A stretch of DNA of 64,000 bases from Eledone cirrhosa. Its lineage: Eukaryota. The DNA is taken from NCBI GenBank assembly GCA_964016885.1, contig OZ024751.1:35092001-35156000 (forward strand). The letters run 5' to 3'. The translations under genes and the position numbers were made by a program. Below, in pieces: positions 24,365 to 37,414 of the stretch. The notes under the pieces are model-generated. The model did not search any database and was not told the origin of the DNA. It was given only the letters and a program-made list of their open reading frames with translations. Every line of letters starts with the position of its first letter. Position 1 is the stretch's first letter.

Positions 24365-26610
24365 TATTTATTTTAAGAAACCTTAATGACAAATAATATA
24401 AAGTGTTTGTAAAGTGGGGAAGAGTAGTTTTACGGTGGGGTTGTTATATAGATATCGTTTTTGCAGTGGGGTCGTGACTGGCGTATAATAATGAGTCACT
24501 GTTGATGTATATACAAATCATATTTTGGATATAAGTGAAGTTATTTAAGAGATTTAGTTGTTTTGTATACATTCCAGTTGTTGTCTCCCTGTTTCTTCTT
24601 CAACAACTATAACGGTACGCGATGGGGCCCACCCACAGCCCCGGCGGACAGAATGGAGAAGGCGTTTCCCCGGAGCACGGCAAGGGAGACGCGCTGGAAA
24701 AGCCACTCCAACTCGCGGGGCTCACACCTGCGACTGGCCAGCTCAGCGCCTATGGTGGTGAGTAAGGAGGTAGCCCTGGGTTCGAGGACACCAGAAGTCT
24801 CCACTTCCAGGGGTACGACCGCAAACCTGTCGGAGAGTGAACGATATGTGAGGAGTTTGGCCCTCTCAGCCTGACGTGCAGCAGAACCTGGGCCAGTCGC
24901 AGACTGCACCAGGTTGCGGCTGCAGAAAGTGTCGGTGCAAGTGGCATCCCAGACGAGGGGTTTGCCACCGCGGAACGGGAAGATGGTCATGCCATCTGGC
25001 CTTTTGCCGTCCCCTGGAGCTGGGAAGGGAAGCCTGCAGCGTCCAAGCCATGCTTAATGATTTCGTTGAGGGCAGCATGGCGTGGATTGCGGCTGGCACT
25101 GTGGCGACAGGAAAGCGGGTGGAGGCCGAAAGAGTCCATGGTGGAACGGCAGCGACATTGGTGTGAGGCCGAGCCTCAGGGAAACGCCGATGCGCAAGCT
25201 ATTGTTGTCTAGCTGCGTGCGAGTGGAGAAGGAGGGCAGGGCATGGAGCCAGGCCCCACTGTGGGGTTTGGAGGCTGCACGAAAACAAACAAGGCGGTGC
25301 TGGTCGAGCTGGCACGTGAGCCTGTCTGAGGCCAGGCTGCACTGGATGGCATCCCAAGTGTGTTGGGGGGGACTTGACGTCAACAGGGGGAGAAGGAGGA
25401 GGAACGTCTACTGGGCTAAGTCCCAGCCGGTCCCACGTCTCACAGGCGGCCACGCGTTCTCTGAACACAGAAGGTTCTGTTGTGTTTTGAAGAACCCTGC
25501 TGAAGAGGACGTGGTACGAGGTTACCGACGAAAGATATGCCGGCAAAGCTAGTGAGATCGGGGACTGGAGGCGAAGGCCGCCATACCTGACAGGTAAAGT
25601 TGCATATCTCATCGGCTGCTGCTCGGATACAAGTTTAGGTGTAGCACAGAGTGTATAGAGGAGCTTCGGCATGGCGTAGCAGTTCCTCAGCAGAAAGAGA
25701 ACTGGGTGGCCATCAATCAAGCCCAGTCGGCTCGTGAGAGTCTGGACTTGATGGAGGAGCGGATGGCCGGCGGGTGGATCGGTGAGGGCATCCTCTTTGG
25801 GGGGTCACCTGAACCTGGCGGAGAATGGACCGCACGTCCAAGACGGAGACTGCAAAGCTTGCAGCATCGAGGCTGACATTCACCACCTCCGACTTGGCTG
25901 AGTTGACCTGGAGGTCGATTCCCGCCAGGGCAGGAACCACCGATTGAAGGTCATGGCAGAACGCCTGTACGGGCCCACCCAAAGTAGCATCATCCAGATA
26001 CCAAACGTTGAGAGGGGCCGTTATACTCCAGGCGATGTGGTCAATACCAAGGGTAAACAGGAGGGGTCCCAAAGGGTTGCCCTGTTGGATCCCAGTAGCC
26101 AAGGGTATGACCGTATCAGCAGCATGGCGCATGCTTGGGGCTCCATATGACAGGTAGGCAGAGGGGGCTCGGCTGAGGCAGGCCTCGAGCAGATGATCCC
26201 AGCGTAAAGAGTTGAAGGCATTCCTCATGTCAAACTTGACAATGAGGTGGCTGGAGGCCCTGGATGCCGGTTCCGAGTGTTACGGACTTGCAGATTACCT
26301 TGGCAGCCAGCCTCCGGAAGACATTGCCCACAGCAATGGGGCATATGCCATCCTCTTTCTTCCTGAGAGCGGTGAGGCTGGCTGAAAAAAAGAGGCCTCG
26401 AGCATAAGAGTCCAGGGCGCCATGGATGAGCCTATTGGTGAGCGCCACAATTGCACTCAGAAGGCGGCGCCCGGCCTCAGCGGAGAGGGGAGATATCAAC
26501 TCCTTGAGGAGGCCTGGTCAGAGACCATCAACATCTCCGCAGCTGCTAGCTGGGAAGGACCTGATGGCGGACATGATGTCTGCATCAGAAGCCACAAGGA
26601 GCAAGTGTGG
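24365..26610 (-). mobile_element. CRE-clade retrotransposon remnant, copy 4 (keeps the KRPDG nuclease motif and a longer 3' UTR)
   Basis: GCCATCTGGCCTTTTG at ~24991 reads KRPDG on minus; extra ~34 bp next to the stop codon. Confidence 0.9.
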
Positions 26611-27255
26611 ATTACAATACAAAACCTCTGAGAATGATTTCTAAGATATTTCACCATAATTAATTTTCATCAATATATATTAATATTATTATTGTTTATT
26701 AGGTCAGGTGGATTGGCCAGAACAATTCTACTCTTCTTTTTTAGATGTCACGATTTTTCATGGCATTCCTGAGATCATTAATCTCCAGCTGGAGATCCAG
26801 AGACATCTGATGTATGTAGGTGAACCTCAGTCATCCCACTTGGCTCTTACTATGTTTAGGTATCCACCACAGGAGCCAGCTCATCAGGTCATCCTACCCT
26901 CAGCAGCAATGTCCAGCATCTATTGATTTCCGCTCCCTAGTTATTGTGGTAATCTTCGATATCTGGGAATATATTTCTTCTGCTTAAGGGAGTAATAAAT
27001 ATATAGTTTAAAAAAAAACATATATATACACACACATATATATATGTTGTCATTTATAAGAGTTCTCTATCAAAAGCCTTCTCTATGTCCAAAGCTAAGT
27101 ATAGTGGCTTATTTTTCTCTAAGAACCTCTTTTGTAGTTGTCTCACTAAGAAGAGGGCATCTGTTGCACTTTTCAGCGGCACAAAACCAAACTGCATCTC
27201 ATACACATACATACATATACATACATACATACATACATATACACATACATACATA

Positions 27256-27610
27256 CATCATCATCATCATCATCATCATCATTTCGTTTTAAGTCCGCTT
27301 TTTCCCTGCTTGTAAGGGTGGGACGGGAACTGATTCTGGCTTGATTTCTACAGCTGGATGCCCTTCCTAACACCAACCTCATTTACAGTGAGTGCTGAGT
27401 GCTTTTTTGCCGTGGCACCTCCACGACCACTTTGCAGTGGAATGATATGGACCCCAGTCCCTATCATCTCATTTCTACAGCTGAGTAAACTGGAGCAATG
27501 TGAAATAAAGTGTCTTGCTCAAGGAAACAACACATCACCCGGTCTGAGAATTGAACTCACAACCTTTCGATTGCCAGGCCAATGCTCGAACCACTAAGCC
27601 ATGTGCCTCC
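27256..27610 (-). mobile_element. tRNA/CORE SINE
   Basis: Copy of 5672-6026. Confidence 0.88.
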
Positions 27611-28636
27611 ATATACATATACATATACATATACATACACATACATATATATATACATACATACATATATACACATACATACATACACATACATACACAT
27701 ATACATACATATACATACATAGATATATATATATACATAATATAAATATACATACATACACATACATAAGCATATACACATAAGTATATATACATATACA
27801 CACGTATATATACATATACATACATACATATATACACATACATACATATATACATACATACACACATATATACATATACACATACATACATATACATACA
27901 TATACACATACATACATATATATATATACATACACACACATATATACATACACACACATATATACAAACACATACATATACACATATATACACATACATA
28001 CACATACATATACACATATACACTCATATATACATATACATACATACACACACATACATACATATATACATATACATACATAAAGACAAATCCACCTCAT
28101 GGACGAGAATGCAAGGGCTCCTCCTCTTTGTTTCGGCCGCGGATGGCTAACCCTAACCCCATCCCCGCTCCCCACCGCTCCCAACCTCCAAACGCAATCC
28201 AAAACTTCAGAGTTGGTACCATTAATGTAGGCACCTTATAGGGTGGCTCTAACGAGGTTGTAGAAATGCTTGAACGTAAGGAGGTCGATGTTTGTTGTAT
28301 TCAAGAGACCAGGTGGAGGGGTGGGTCTGCTAGATTCATCGTGGGTAAAGAACGATGCTATAAGCTTTTCTGTGTGGCAAATGACAATGGGCTGGGTATA
28401 CACATACCACCCCACCACCCCACCGCAAAGTGGTCGTGGAGGCGCCGCGGCAAAAAAGCACCCAGCCCACACTGTAAAGCTGACGTGGAGGTGCCACGGA
28501 AAAAAAAAAGCACCCAGCACTCACTGCAAACGGGGTTGGCGTCAGGAAGGGCACCCAGCTGTAGAAACCAATCCAGAATCAGCTCCCACCCCACCCTTGC
28601 AAGCATGGAAAAGCGGACATATTATGAAGTTGATAT

Positions 28637-28685
<49 letters not shown>

Positions 28686-28728
28686 TATATATATACACAT
28701 ATATATATATACACACATATATATCAGT

Positions 28729-31700
28729 CATCATCATCACCGTTTTACGTCCGTTCTTCCACGCTAGCATGGGTTAGACGGGTTGTCCTGTTGTGGGCAG
28801 TGTCTGGTCGGCTGACCATGCCTTGCTCATACAGGAACTGATCTGGCTTGATTTCTACAGCTGGATGCCCTTCCTAACACCAACCTCATTTACAGTGAGT
28901 GCTGGGTGCTTTTTCGTGGCGCCTACACGTCCACTTTACAGTGTGGGCTGGGTGCTTTTTTGCCGTGGCACCTCCACGACCACCTTGCGGTGGGGGGGGG
29001 GGGGGGGGGGGCATATTGTTTATATGCTTCAGCATGTACCCATGGGAGGTCGGGTACCCTGTATTACTGCGTGACGCCAGAAGTCACGGTCGTGTGTCAT
29101 TGACTTTGAGAGGTGTAGTTGGGTAAGGTCGGCTTTTATCACCTCATCCCAAGTCATCTTGGGTCTCCCCACTCCGCGGTTTCCATCAACTTCTAGTGCT
29201 CTGCACCTTTTTATGCAGCTGTCATCCTTCATACGCATCACATGTCCATACCAGCGTAACCGCCTCTCCTGCACGCAGCATTTGATTCCTCTTATGCTCA
29301 GTCTCTCTCTCAATTCATTTATGCTTTGTCGTTCACGTATATTACTGTTACACATCCATCGGAGCATGCAGGCTTCGTTTCTCTCTAATCTACGTAGGTA
29401 TTCCACCTTCAGCGCCCAGGTCTCACTACCATGCAACATCGCTGTTCGGATACACGCATCATACAGTCTGCCTTTCATTCTGAGGGAGAAGCCTTTTGCA
29501 GCTAGCAGTGGTAGTAGTTCCCTAAACTTCTTCCATCCCGTTCTTACCCTAGTTATTGTACTTTCTGAGCACCCACCTCCGTTGCTAATTCGGTCACCTA
29601 GGTAGCAGAAGCTGTCTACTGTTTCTACAGGGCCCTCCCAGAGATTGGTGGTACTTGTTTCCTGTGGCTGTTTGCTTGCTGTTTCAGCACAGCTGCTGCA
29701 TGTGAATCCTACATTCTTAATTAAGCTTCCTGAGATCCCGCTACATCTCTTGTGTACCCATTGTTTGCATTTGGGGCAAAGAATGGAGTTCCTACCTACA
29801 CCTTTCCTACATACTGAGCAAGGCCATTTCCCTGAGGGGATCTGGGTTCTGTTTTCTCGTCTACTTATAAGGACCTTAGTCTTTGTCATGTTGACTTTGA
29901 GGCCCTTTCTCTCTAGTCCCTGCTTCCAGGTTTGGAATTTATTCTCTAGTTCTACCATAGATTCAGCTATGAGTGCGAGGTCATCAGCATACAGGAGTTC
30001 CCATGGGCATCCGGTCTTAAACTCCTCCGTTATTGCCTGCAGGACTATGATGAACAGGAGAGGGCTAAGAACAGAGCCCTGGTGGACCCCAACCTGTACG
30101 CTAAATTCCTCGCTATACTCATTGCCAATCCTAACTTTGCTGACTGCTCCCCTATACATGGCTTGTACCGCTTTCACAAGCCATTCATCTACTCCTAGTT
30201 TTCTAAGAGCCCACCAGATTACTGCACGTGGAACTCTGTCAAAGGCTTTCTCAAGGTCGACAAATGCCAAGTAGAGTGGCTTACTTTTAGCTAGGTACTT
30301 TTCCTGTAATTGCCTCACAAGGAAGAGCGCATCAGTGGTGCCTTTCCCTGGTACAAACCCAAATTGCATCTCGTCTATATTCACCCGGTCCCTAATCAGC
30401 TGTGCTATAACTCTTTCTGTTACTTTCATGACCTGGTCCATCAACTTTATACCTCTATAGTTTCCTCTATCTAGTGCATCGCCTTTACCTTTGTAGCAGT
30501 TGACAATGATGCTACTGCACCAATCTTTTGGTATGGCCCCCTCTAGTATTACCTGGTTAACGATACGTGTGGTTATAGTGTGACCTACAGACCCAGATGC
30601 CTTCAGCATCTCGGCAGCTATACCCGATGGACCGGTTGCCTTCCCTATCTTCATATCTCTGATTGCCTTACTTACTACGCTGCCGCTGACTTGTACTGCT
30701 GGTCCCTCTATAGGGTCTACGTGGGGTAGGGTCTCTTCTTCCCATGCATTCTCCTCATTTAGTAATCTATCATAATGACTCTTCCATGCATCTTTCTTCT
30801 CAGCACTTGTGAGGGCAAGCTCACCTTTATCATTCCGGATACACTTCTCTCCAATGACATCACAACTATCTCTGACACACTGCCTCGCAATCTTGAATAC
30901 CTCCTGTTTCTGGTCCTCACGTTGTAAAACATGCTTGAATTTTCTATCCTCTGCTTCCCTCCTAGCTAAGTATACTTGTCGCCTAGCTTCCCTCTTGGTC
31001 TCTATGTAATGTACCCTGCTCCCCCCGTTCTTCCATTCTTTCCATGCCTGTCTCTTGGCCTTGACTGCTTCATATACCTTATTGTTCCACCACCAAGTCA
31101 CTCTCCTCCTGCTTGAGGTCTTACTCCAGCCACAAACCTCATCCGTCGCCTCTAGTAAGTTATTTTTTAGGAACTCCCAGTTCTCTTCTACGTTAAATGT
31201 CTCTATCTGTTCTTCTTTACTGTCGTAGGCGTTGAGTAAAATATCTTTAAATCTGTTACTGGTTGAGGGGACTTTCAGCTTCCAGATCTTTCTTCTCCAG
31301 GTTGGCCTCTGTTTCAGGGCTCGTCTAGTTCTGACCGTGAGGTCGCTGACAACTAAGCTATGTTGGGATGTACATTCCTCACTAGGGAAGGCTTTTGTGT
31401 TTACGACCGTCCATCTGTCACGTCCTCTGATGAGGATAAAATCTAACTGACTAGAGTGCTCCCCTGATCTATAGGTGATCAGGTGGTTGTCGGGTTTTTT
31501 AAAGTTTGTGTTACATATCGACATGTCATTGGCGTCGCAGAATTCTAGAAGTCTGAATCCTTCCTCATTCCTTGTGCCAACTCCATGGCCTCCATGTACT
31601 CTATTGAAGCCGTCGCAGTGTTTACCTACGTGTCCGTTAAAATCTCCTGCAATGATTAGGAAGTCCTTGTCGTCTGTTAGAGCAGTAGTGTGTATTAGGG

Positions 31701-31781
31701 ACTCGTAAAACCTATCCTTAAGTTCGTCTGGCAGCCCCGATTGGGGTGCGTAAGCTGATATTATTGTGGTAATTGTCTTAT
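28729..31781 (-). mobile_element. Young RTE LINE insertion, 5'-truncated, TSD TCAGT
   Basis: Empty site ATATCAGTGTACAT in the other units; TCAGT at 28724-28728 and 31782-31786; (GAT)n tail. Confidence 0.97.
29029..31524 (-). CDS. RTE ORF (partial AP endonuclease + RT with PHD-like finger), 831 aa from first Met; the frame stays open to the 5' truncation at ~31780
   Basis: SQLDFIL...SQH (APE end), QGSVLSP, YADD, FCYLG, RRLRWYGHV, GRPK..W; upstream in frame SAYAPQ, GDFNGHVG. Confidence 0.93.
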   Translation of the reverse strand: MSICNTNFKKPDNHLITYRSGEHSSQLDFILIRGRDRWTVVNTKAFPSEECTSQHSLVVSDLTVRTRRALKQRPTWRRKIWKLKVPSTSNRFKDILLNAYDSKEEQIETFNVEENWEFLKNNLLEATDEVCGWSKTSSRRRVTWWWNNKVYEAVKAKRQAWKEWKNGGSRVHYIETKREARRQVYLARREAEDRKFKHVLQREDQKQEVFKIARQCVRDSCDVIGEKCIRNDKGELALTSAEKKDAWKSHYDRLLNEENAWEEETLPHVDPIEGPAVQVSGSVVSKAIRDMKIGKATGPSGIAAEMLKASGSVGHTITTRIVNQVILEGAIPKDWCSSIIVNCYKGKGDALDRGNYRGIKLMDQVMKVTERVIAQLIRDRVNIDEMQFGFVPGKGTTDALFLVRQLQEKYLAKSKPLYLAFVDLEKAFDRVPRAVIWWALRKLGVDEWLVKAVQAMYRGAVSKVRIGNEYSEEFSVQVGVHQGSVLSPLLFIIVLQAITEEFKTGCPWELLYADDLALIAESMVELENKFQTWKQGLERKGLKVNMTKTKVLISRRENRTQIPSGKWPCSVCRKGVGRNSILCPKCKQWVHKRCSGISGSLIKNVGFTCSSCAETASKQPQETSTTNLWEGPVETVDSFCYLGDRISNGGGCSESTITRVRTGWKKFRELLPLLAAKGFSLRMKGRLYDACIRTAMLHGSETWALKVEYLRRLERNEACMLRWMCNSNIRERQSINELRERLSIRGIKCCVQERRLRWYGHVMRMKDDSCIKRCRALEVDGNRGVGRPKMTWDEVIKADLTQLHLSKSMTHDRDFWRHAVIQGTRPPMGTC

Positions 31782-32484
31782 TCAGTGTACATATATATAT
31801 ACATATATATATATATAAATGAATATTTATTCAATTTAAAGCGCCAATTATCTATATATAACAAGATATGAATTTTTCTAGGGATGGGGAAATTTTCAGT
31901 TTGTTTTTATATTTTCACTTCATTTTTTACTTTCTATTTAATACAGTCTTTGATCCAATATAATCCTGACAGTATTTGAACCAGTTTACCTCATATATAT
32001 GTATGCACACACAACACTCAAGTTTCGCCAGCTACTGCTATTTCATTCATATTTATTGTTTAATTAACTCTGGTCTAATTCATCAACTATTGTTAATTAT
32101 ATTATTACGTAGATTTCTTATAAAATCTAGTGCATATATACGTGTATATATACAGGGAGACACTGTAATAGATGTAAAGAGAGTGGGAGATAGAGTTATA
32201 GAAGTAAAGAGAGGGGGAGAACTAAGCGGTAGATAGAGTAATAGATGTAAAGAGAGGGTTAGAACGTTCAACTTGACAGTCAGTACAATGTTCAGCATGG
32301 TAGCCAGTACATATGCCAACTACCCAACCGGCCAGCCAGCCGCATATGCGGTTGACTGGCCAGTTGGGCGGTTGGTATGTGGAACGTTCAACTACGCAGT
32401 CAGTACCAAAGTACAACATTGTAGCCAGTGCATATGCCGATCGCCGCGCCCTCTTTGCTCTATTTTAATGACCTGGAACTAAGT

Positions 32485-32597
32485 AAAAAGAGTAGGAGAT
32501 AACTCGACAAGAGCGGAGAGGGTGAGATTCGAACCATGTAAAGTCGTTGGCTCCTGAACTTCGTAAGCGGGGCTGCTACTGACTAAGCAGCGCCGGC
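32485..32597 (-). ncRNA. tRNA-like putative Pol III unit, copy 5
   Basis: Same with two substitutions; B box and T5 intact. Confidence 0.5.
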
Positions 32598-33382
32598 AGC
32601 AAGGCAAATCGCGCATAAAATAACGCTTATATCGACAAAAAAAAAAAAAAAATTTCAATGTTGCACTCTTGTTTGTTGTTCTTTTATTTTACGTAAACAT
32701 TTCGCTGCTCTAGCCTCTTATTTCCTATTAGATTACACTTAATTCCATTAAACATTCATTCTTAGTCTCGTGGTAAACTATTTCATCTATATTTATATCG
32801 CTGTTACAGCCTTTTATTTCTACATCTATCACCTATAGCCACTGTTACGCCGGTAGTATAAGTAGCTTTATAACAAGAAACGATGATATAACTCCACAAA
32901 ATGTCTTCTTCAGCAAGACACTTCACTTCATATTGCTCCAGTACACCGAGTTACACATAGACAGATACATACATACATACACAGATAGAAATGAGAGGTA
33001 GATAGAGTAAAAGATTTAAAGAGAGTGTGAGAAGTACGAGTTAGATAGTGTAAAAGATTTAAAGAGAGGGTGAGAGTGTGACACACATTTATCTGTCTAT
33101 CTCTCTCTATTTTAACACCGGTCGTTATAATTAGTTTTATAACACCGCTATATTACCGACATGAAAGAGGTAAATAATTATTTCTTAACTGTTTAGAACA
33201 TGTTTCTCTTGTCTTCTTAAATGTATAGAACATGTTTCTTATTTATATTCTTAACATAGCTAGGACCTTATCTCATTTACTGGTCTCTACTTTTAGGACT
33301 TTGCTGGTCCCATGTGCCCTCCATAAAGGCACTCTAGTCCCTTCTCTGAGCCCCCGTACTAATTACTACACATACGTATATA

Positions 33383-35594
33383 TATTTATTTTAAGAAACC
33401 TTAATGACAAATAATATAAAGTGTTTGTAAAGTGGGGAAGAGTAGTTTTACGGTGGGGTTGTTATATAGATATCGTTTTTGCAGTGGGGTCGTGACTGGC
33501 GTATAATAATGAGTCACTGTTGATGTACATACAAATCATGTTTTGGATATAAGTGAAGTTATTTAAGAGATTTAGTTGTTTTGTATACATTCATAATGGT
33601 ACGCGATGGGACCCACCCACAGCCCCGGCGGACAGAATGGAGAAGGCGTTTCCCCGGAGCACGGCAAGGGAGACGCGCTGGAAAAGCCACTCCAACTCGC
33701 GGGGCTCACACCTGCGGCTGGCCAGCTCAGCGCCTATGGTGGTGAGTAAGGAGGTAGCCCTGGGGCCGAGGACACCAGAAGTCTCCACTTCCAGGGGTAC
33801 GACCGCAAACCTGTCGGAGAGTGAACGATATGTGAGGAGTTTGGCCCTCTCAGCCTGACGTGCAGCAGAACCTGGGCCAGTCGCAGACTGCACCAGGTTG
33901 CGGCTGCAGAAAGTGTCGGTGCAAGTGGCATCCCAGACGAGGGGTTTGCCACCGCGGAACGGGAAGATGGTCATGCCATCTAGCCTTTTGCCGTCCTCTC
34001 GAGCTGGGAAGGGAAGCCTGCAGCGTCCAAGCCATGCTTAATGACTTCGTTGAGGGCAGCATGGCGTGGATTGCGGCTGGCACTGTGGCGACAGGAAAGC
34101 GGGTGGAGGCCGAAAGAGTCCATGGTGGAACGGCAGCGACATTGGTGTGAGGCCGAGCCTCAGGGAAACGCCGATGCGCAAGCTATTGTTGTCTAGCTGC
34201 GTGCGAGTGGAGAAGGAGGGCAGGGCATGGAGCCAGGCCCCACTGTGGGGTTTGGAGGCTGCACGAAAACAAACAAGGCGGTGCTGGTCGAGCTGGCGCG
34301 TGAGCCTGTCTGAGGCCAGGCTGCACTGGATGGCATCCCAAGTGTGTTGGGGGGGACTTGACGTCAACAGGGGGAGAACGAGGAGGAACGTCTACTGGGC
34401 TAAGTCCCAGCCGGTCCCACGTCTCACAGGCGGCCACGCGTTCTCTGAACACAGAGGGTTCTGTTGTGTTTTGAAGAACCCTGCTGAGGAGGACGTGGTA
34501 CAAGGTTACCGACGAAAGATATGCCGGCAAAGCTAGTGAGATCGGGGACTGGAGGCGAAGGCCGCCATACCTGACAGGTAAAGTTGCATATCTCATCGGC
34601 TGCTTCTCGGATACAAGTTTAGGTGTAGCACAGAGTGTATAGAGGAGCTTCGGCATGGCGTAGCAGTTCCTCAGCAGAAAGAGAACTGGGTGGCCATCAA
34701 TCAAGCCCAGTCGGCTCGTGAGAGTCTGGACTTGATGGAGGAGCGGATGGCCGGCGGGTGGATCGGTGAGGGCATCCTCTTTGGGGGGTCACCTGAACCT
34801 GGCGGAGAATGGACCGCACGTCCAAGACGGAGACTGCAAAGCTTGCAGCATCGAGGCTGACATTCACCACCTCCGACTTGGCTGAGTTGACCTGGAGGTC
34901 GATTCCCGCCAGGGCAGGAACCACCGATTGAAGGTCATGGCAGACCGCCTGTACGGGCCCACCCAAAGTAGCATCATCCAGATACCAAACGTTGAGAGGG
35001 GCCGTTATACTCCAGGCGATGTGGTCAATACCAAGGGTGAACAGGAGGGGTCCCAAAGGGTTGCCCTGTTGGATCCCAGTAGCCAAGGGTATGACCGTAT
35101 CAGCAGCATGGCGCATGCTTGGGGCTCCATATGACAGGTAGGCAGAGGGGGCTCGGCTGAGGCAGGCCTCGAGCAGATGATCCCAGCGTAAAGAGTTGAA
35201 GGCATTCCTCATGTCAAACTTGACAATGAGGTGGCTGGAGGCCCTGGATGCCGGTTCCGAGTGTTACGGACTTGCAGATTACCTTGGCAGCCAGCCTCCG
35301 GAAGACATTGCCCACAGCAATGGGGCGTATGCCATCCTCTTTCTTCCTGAGAGCGGTGAGGCTGGCCGAAAAAAAGAGGCCTCGAGCATAAGAGTCCAGG
35401 GCGCCATGGATGAGCCTATTGGTGAGCGCCACAATTGCACTCAGAAGGCGGCGCCCGGCCTCAGCGGAGAGGGGAGATATCAACTCCTTGAGGAGGCCTG
35501 GTCAGAGACCATCAACATCTCCGCAGCTGCTAGCTGGGAAGGACCTGATGGCGGACATGATGTCTGCATCAGAAGCCACAAGGAGCAAGTGTGG
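33383..35594 (-). mobile_element. CRE-clade retrotransposon remnant, copy 5
   Basis: ORFs 33591-33974, 34697-35212, 35214-35483. Confidence 0.9.
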
Positions 35595-36235
35595 ATTACA
35601 ATACAAAACCTCTGAGAATGATTTCTAAGATATTTCACCATAATTAATTTTCATCAATATATATTAATATTATTATTGTTTATTAGGTCAGGTGGATTGG
35701 CCAGAACAATTCTACTCTTCTTTTTTAGATGTCACGATTTTTCATGGCATTCCTGAGATCATTAATCTCTAGCTGGAGATCCAGAGACATCTGATATATG
35801 TAGGTGAACCTCAGTCATCCCACTTGGGTCTTACTATGTTTAGGTATCCACCACAGGAGCCAGCTCATCAGGTCATCCTACCCTCAGCAGCAATGTCCAG
35901 CATCTTTTGACTTCCGCTCCCTAGTTATTGTGGTAATCTTCGATATCTGGGAATATATTTCTTCTGCTTAAGGGAGTAATAAATATATAGTTTTAAAAAA
36001 AACATATATATACACACACGTATATATATGTTGTCATTTATAAGAGTTCTCTATCAAAAGCCTTCTCTATGTCCAAAGCTAAGTTTAGTGGCTTATTTTT
36101 CTCTAAGAACCTCTTTTGTAGTTGTCTCACTAAGAAGAGGGCATCTGTTGCACTTTTCAGCGGCACAAAACCAAGCTGCATCTCATACACATACATACAT
36201 ATACATACATACATACATATACACATACATACATA

Positions 36236-36268
<33 letters not shown>

Positions 36269-36596
36269 TTCGTTTTAAGTCCGCTTTTTCCCTGCTTGCA
36301 AGGGTGGGACGGGAACTGATTCTGGCTTGATTTCTACAGCTGGATGCCCTTCCTAACACCAACCTCATTTACAGTGAGTGCTGGGTGCTTTTTTGCCATG
36401 GCACCTCCACGACCACTTTGCAGTGGAATGATATGGACCCTAGTCCCTATCATCTCATTTCTACAGCTGAGTAAACTGGAGCAATGTGAAATAAAGTGTT
36501 TTGCTCAAGGAAACAACACATCACCCGGTCTGAGAATTGAACTCACAACCTTTCGATTGCCAGGCCAATGCTCTAACCACTAAGCCATGTGCCTCC
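36236..36596 (-). mobile_element. tRNA/CORE SINE
   Basis: Copy of 5672-6026. Confidence 0.88.
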
Positions 36597-37414
36597 ATAT
36601 ACATATACATACACATACATACATACATACACACACATACATACATACATACACATATACATACACATATACATACATATACATACATACATATATATAT
36701 ACATATACATACATACGCATACATAAGCATATACACAAGTATATATACATATACATACATACATATACATACATACATACACACACACACATACATACAC
36801 ACACACACATATATACACATACATACATATATACACATACATACATATATACACATACATACATATATACACATACATACATATATACACATACATATAT
36901 ATATACACATACATATATATATACACATACATATATATATACACATACATATATATATACACATACATATATATATACACATACATATATACACACACAT
37001 ACATATATACATACACACATACATATTTACATACACACACATATATATATACATACATACACACATATATATATACATACATACACACATATACATACAT
37101 ACACACATATACATACATACACACATACATACATACACACATACATACATACACACATATATACATACATACATATACATATACACATATATACACATAC
37201 ATATATACATATACATACATACATACACATACATACATACATACACATACATGCATATACATACATGCATATACATACATGCATATACATACATACATAC
37301 ACATACATGCATATACATACATACACACACATACGTACACATACATAAAGACAAATTCACCTCATGGACGAGAATGCAAGGGCTCCTCTTTGTTTCGGAT
37401 GGCTAACATAACCC

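Larger units (their letters stand above)
22372..27537. repeat. ~5.9-kb tandem unit, copy 4 (left end truncated, most divergent)
   Basis: Begins inside the RTE 5' fragment (TTGTATTCAAGAGACC); colinear thereafter with private indels. Confidence 0.95.
27538..36523. repeat. ~5.9-kb tandem unit, copy 5, with 3-kb RTE insertion
   Basis: Colinear with copy 1 apart from the 28729-31781 insertion; the start of a further unit follows to ~37415. Confidence 0.96.
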
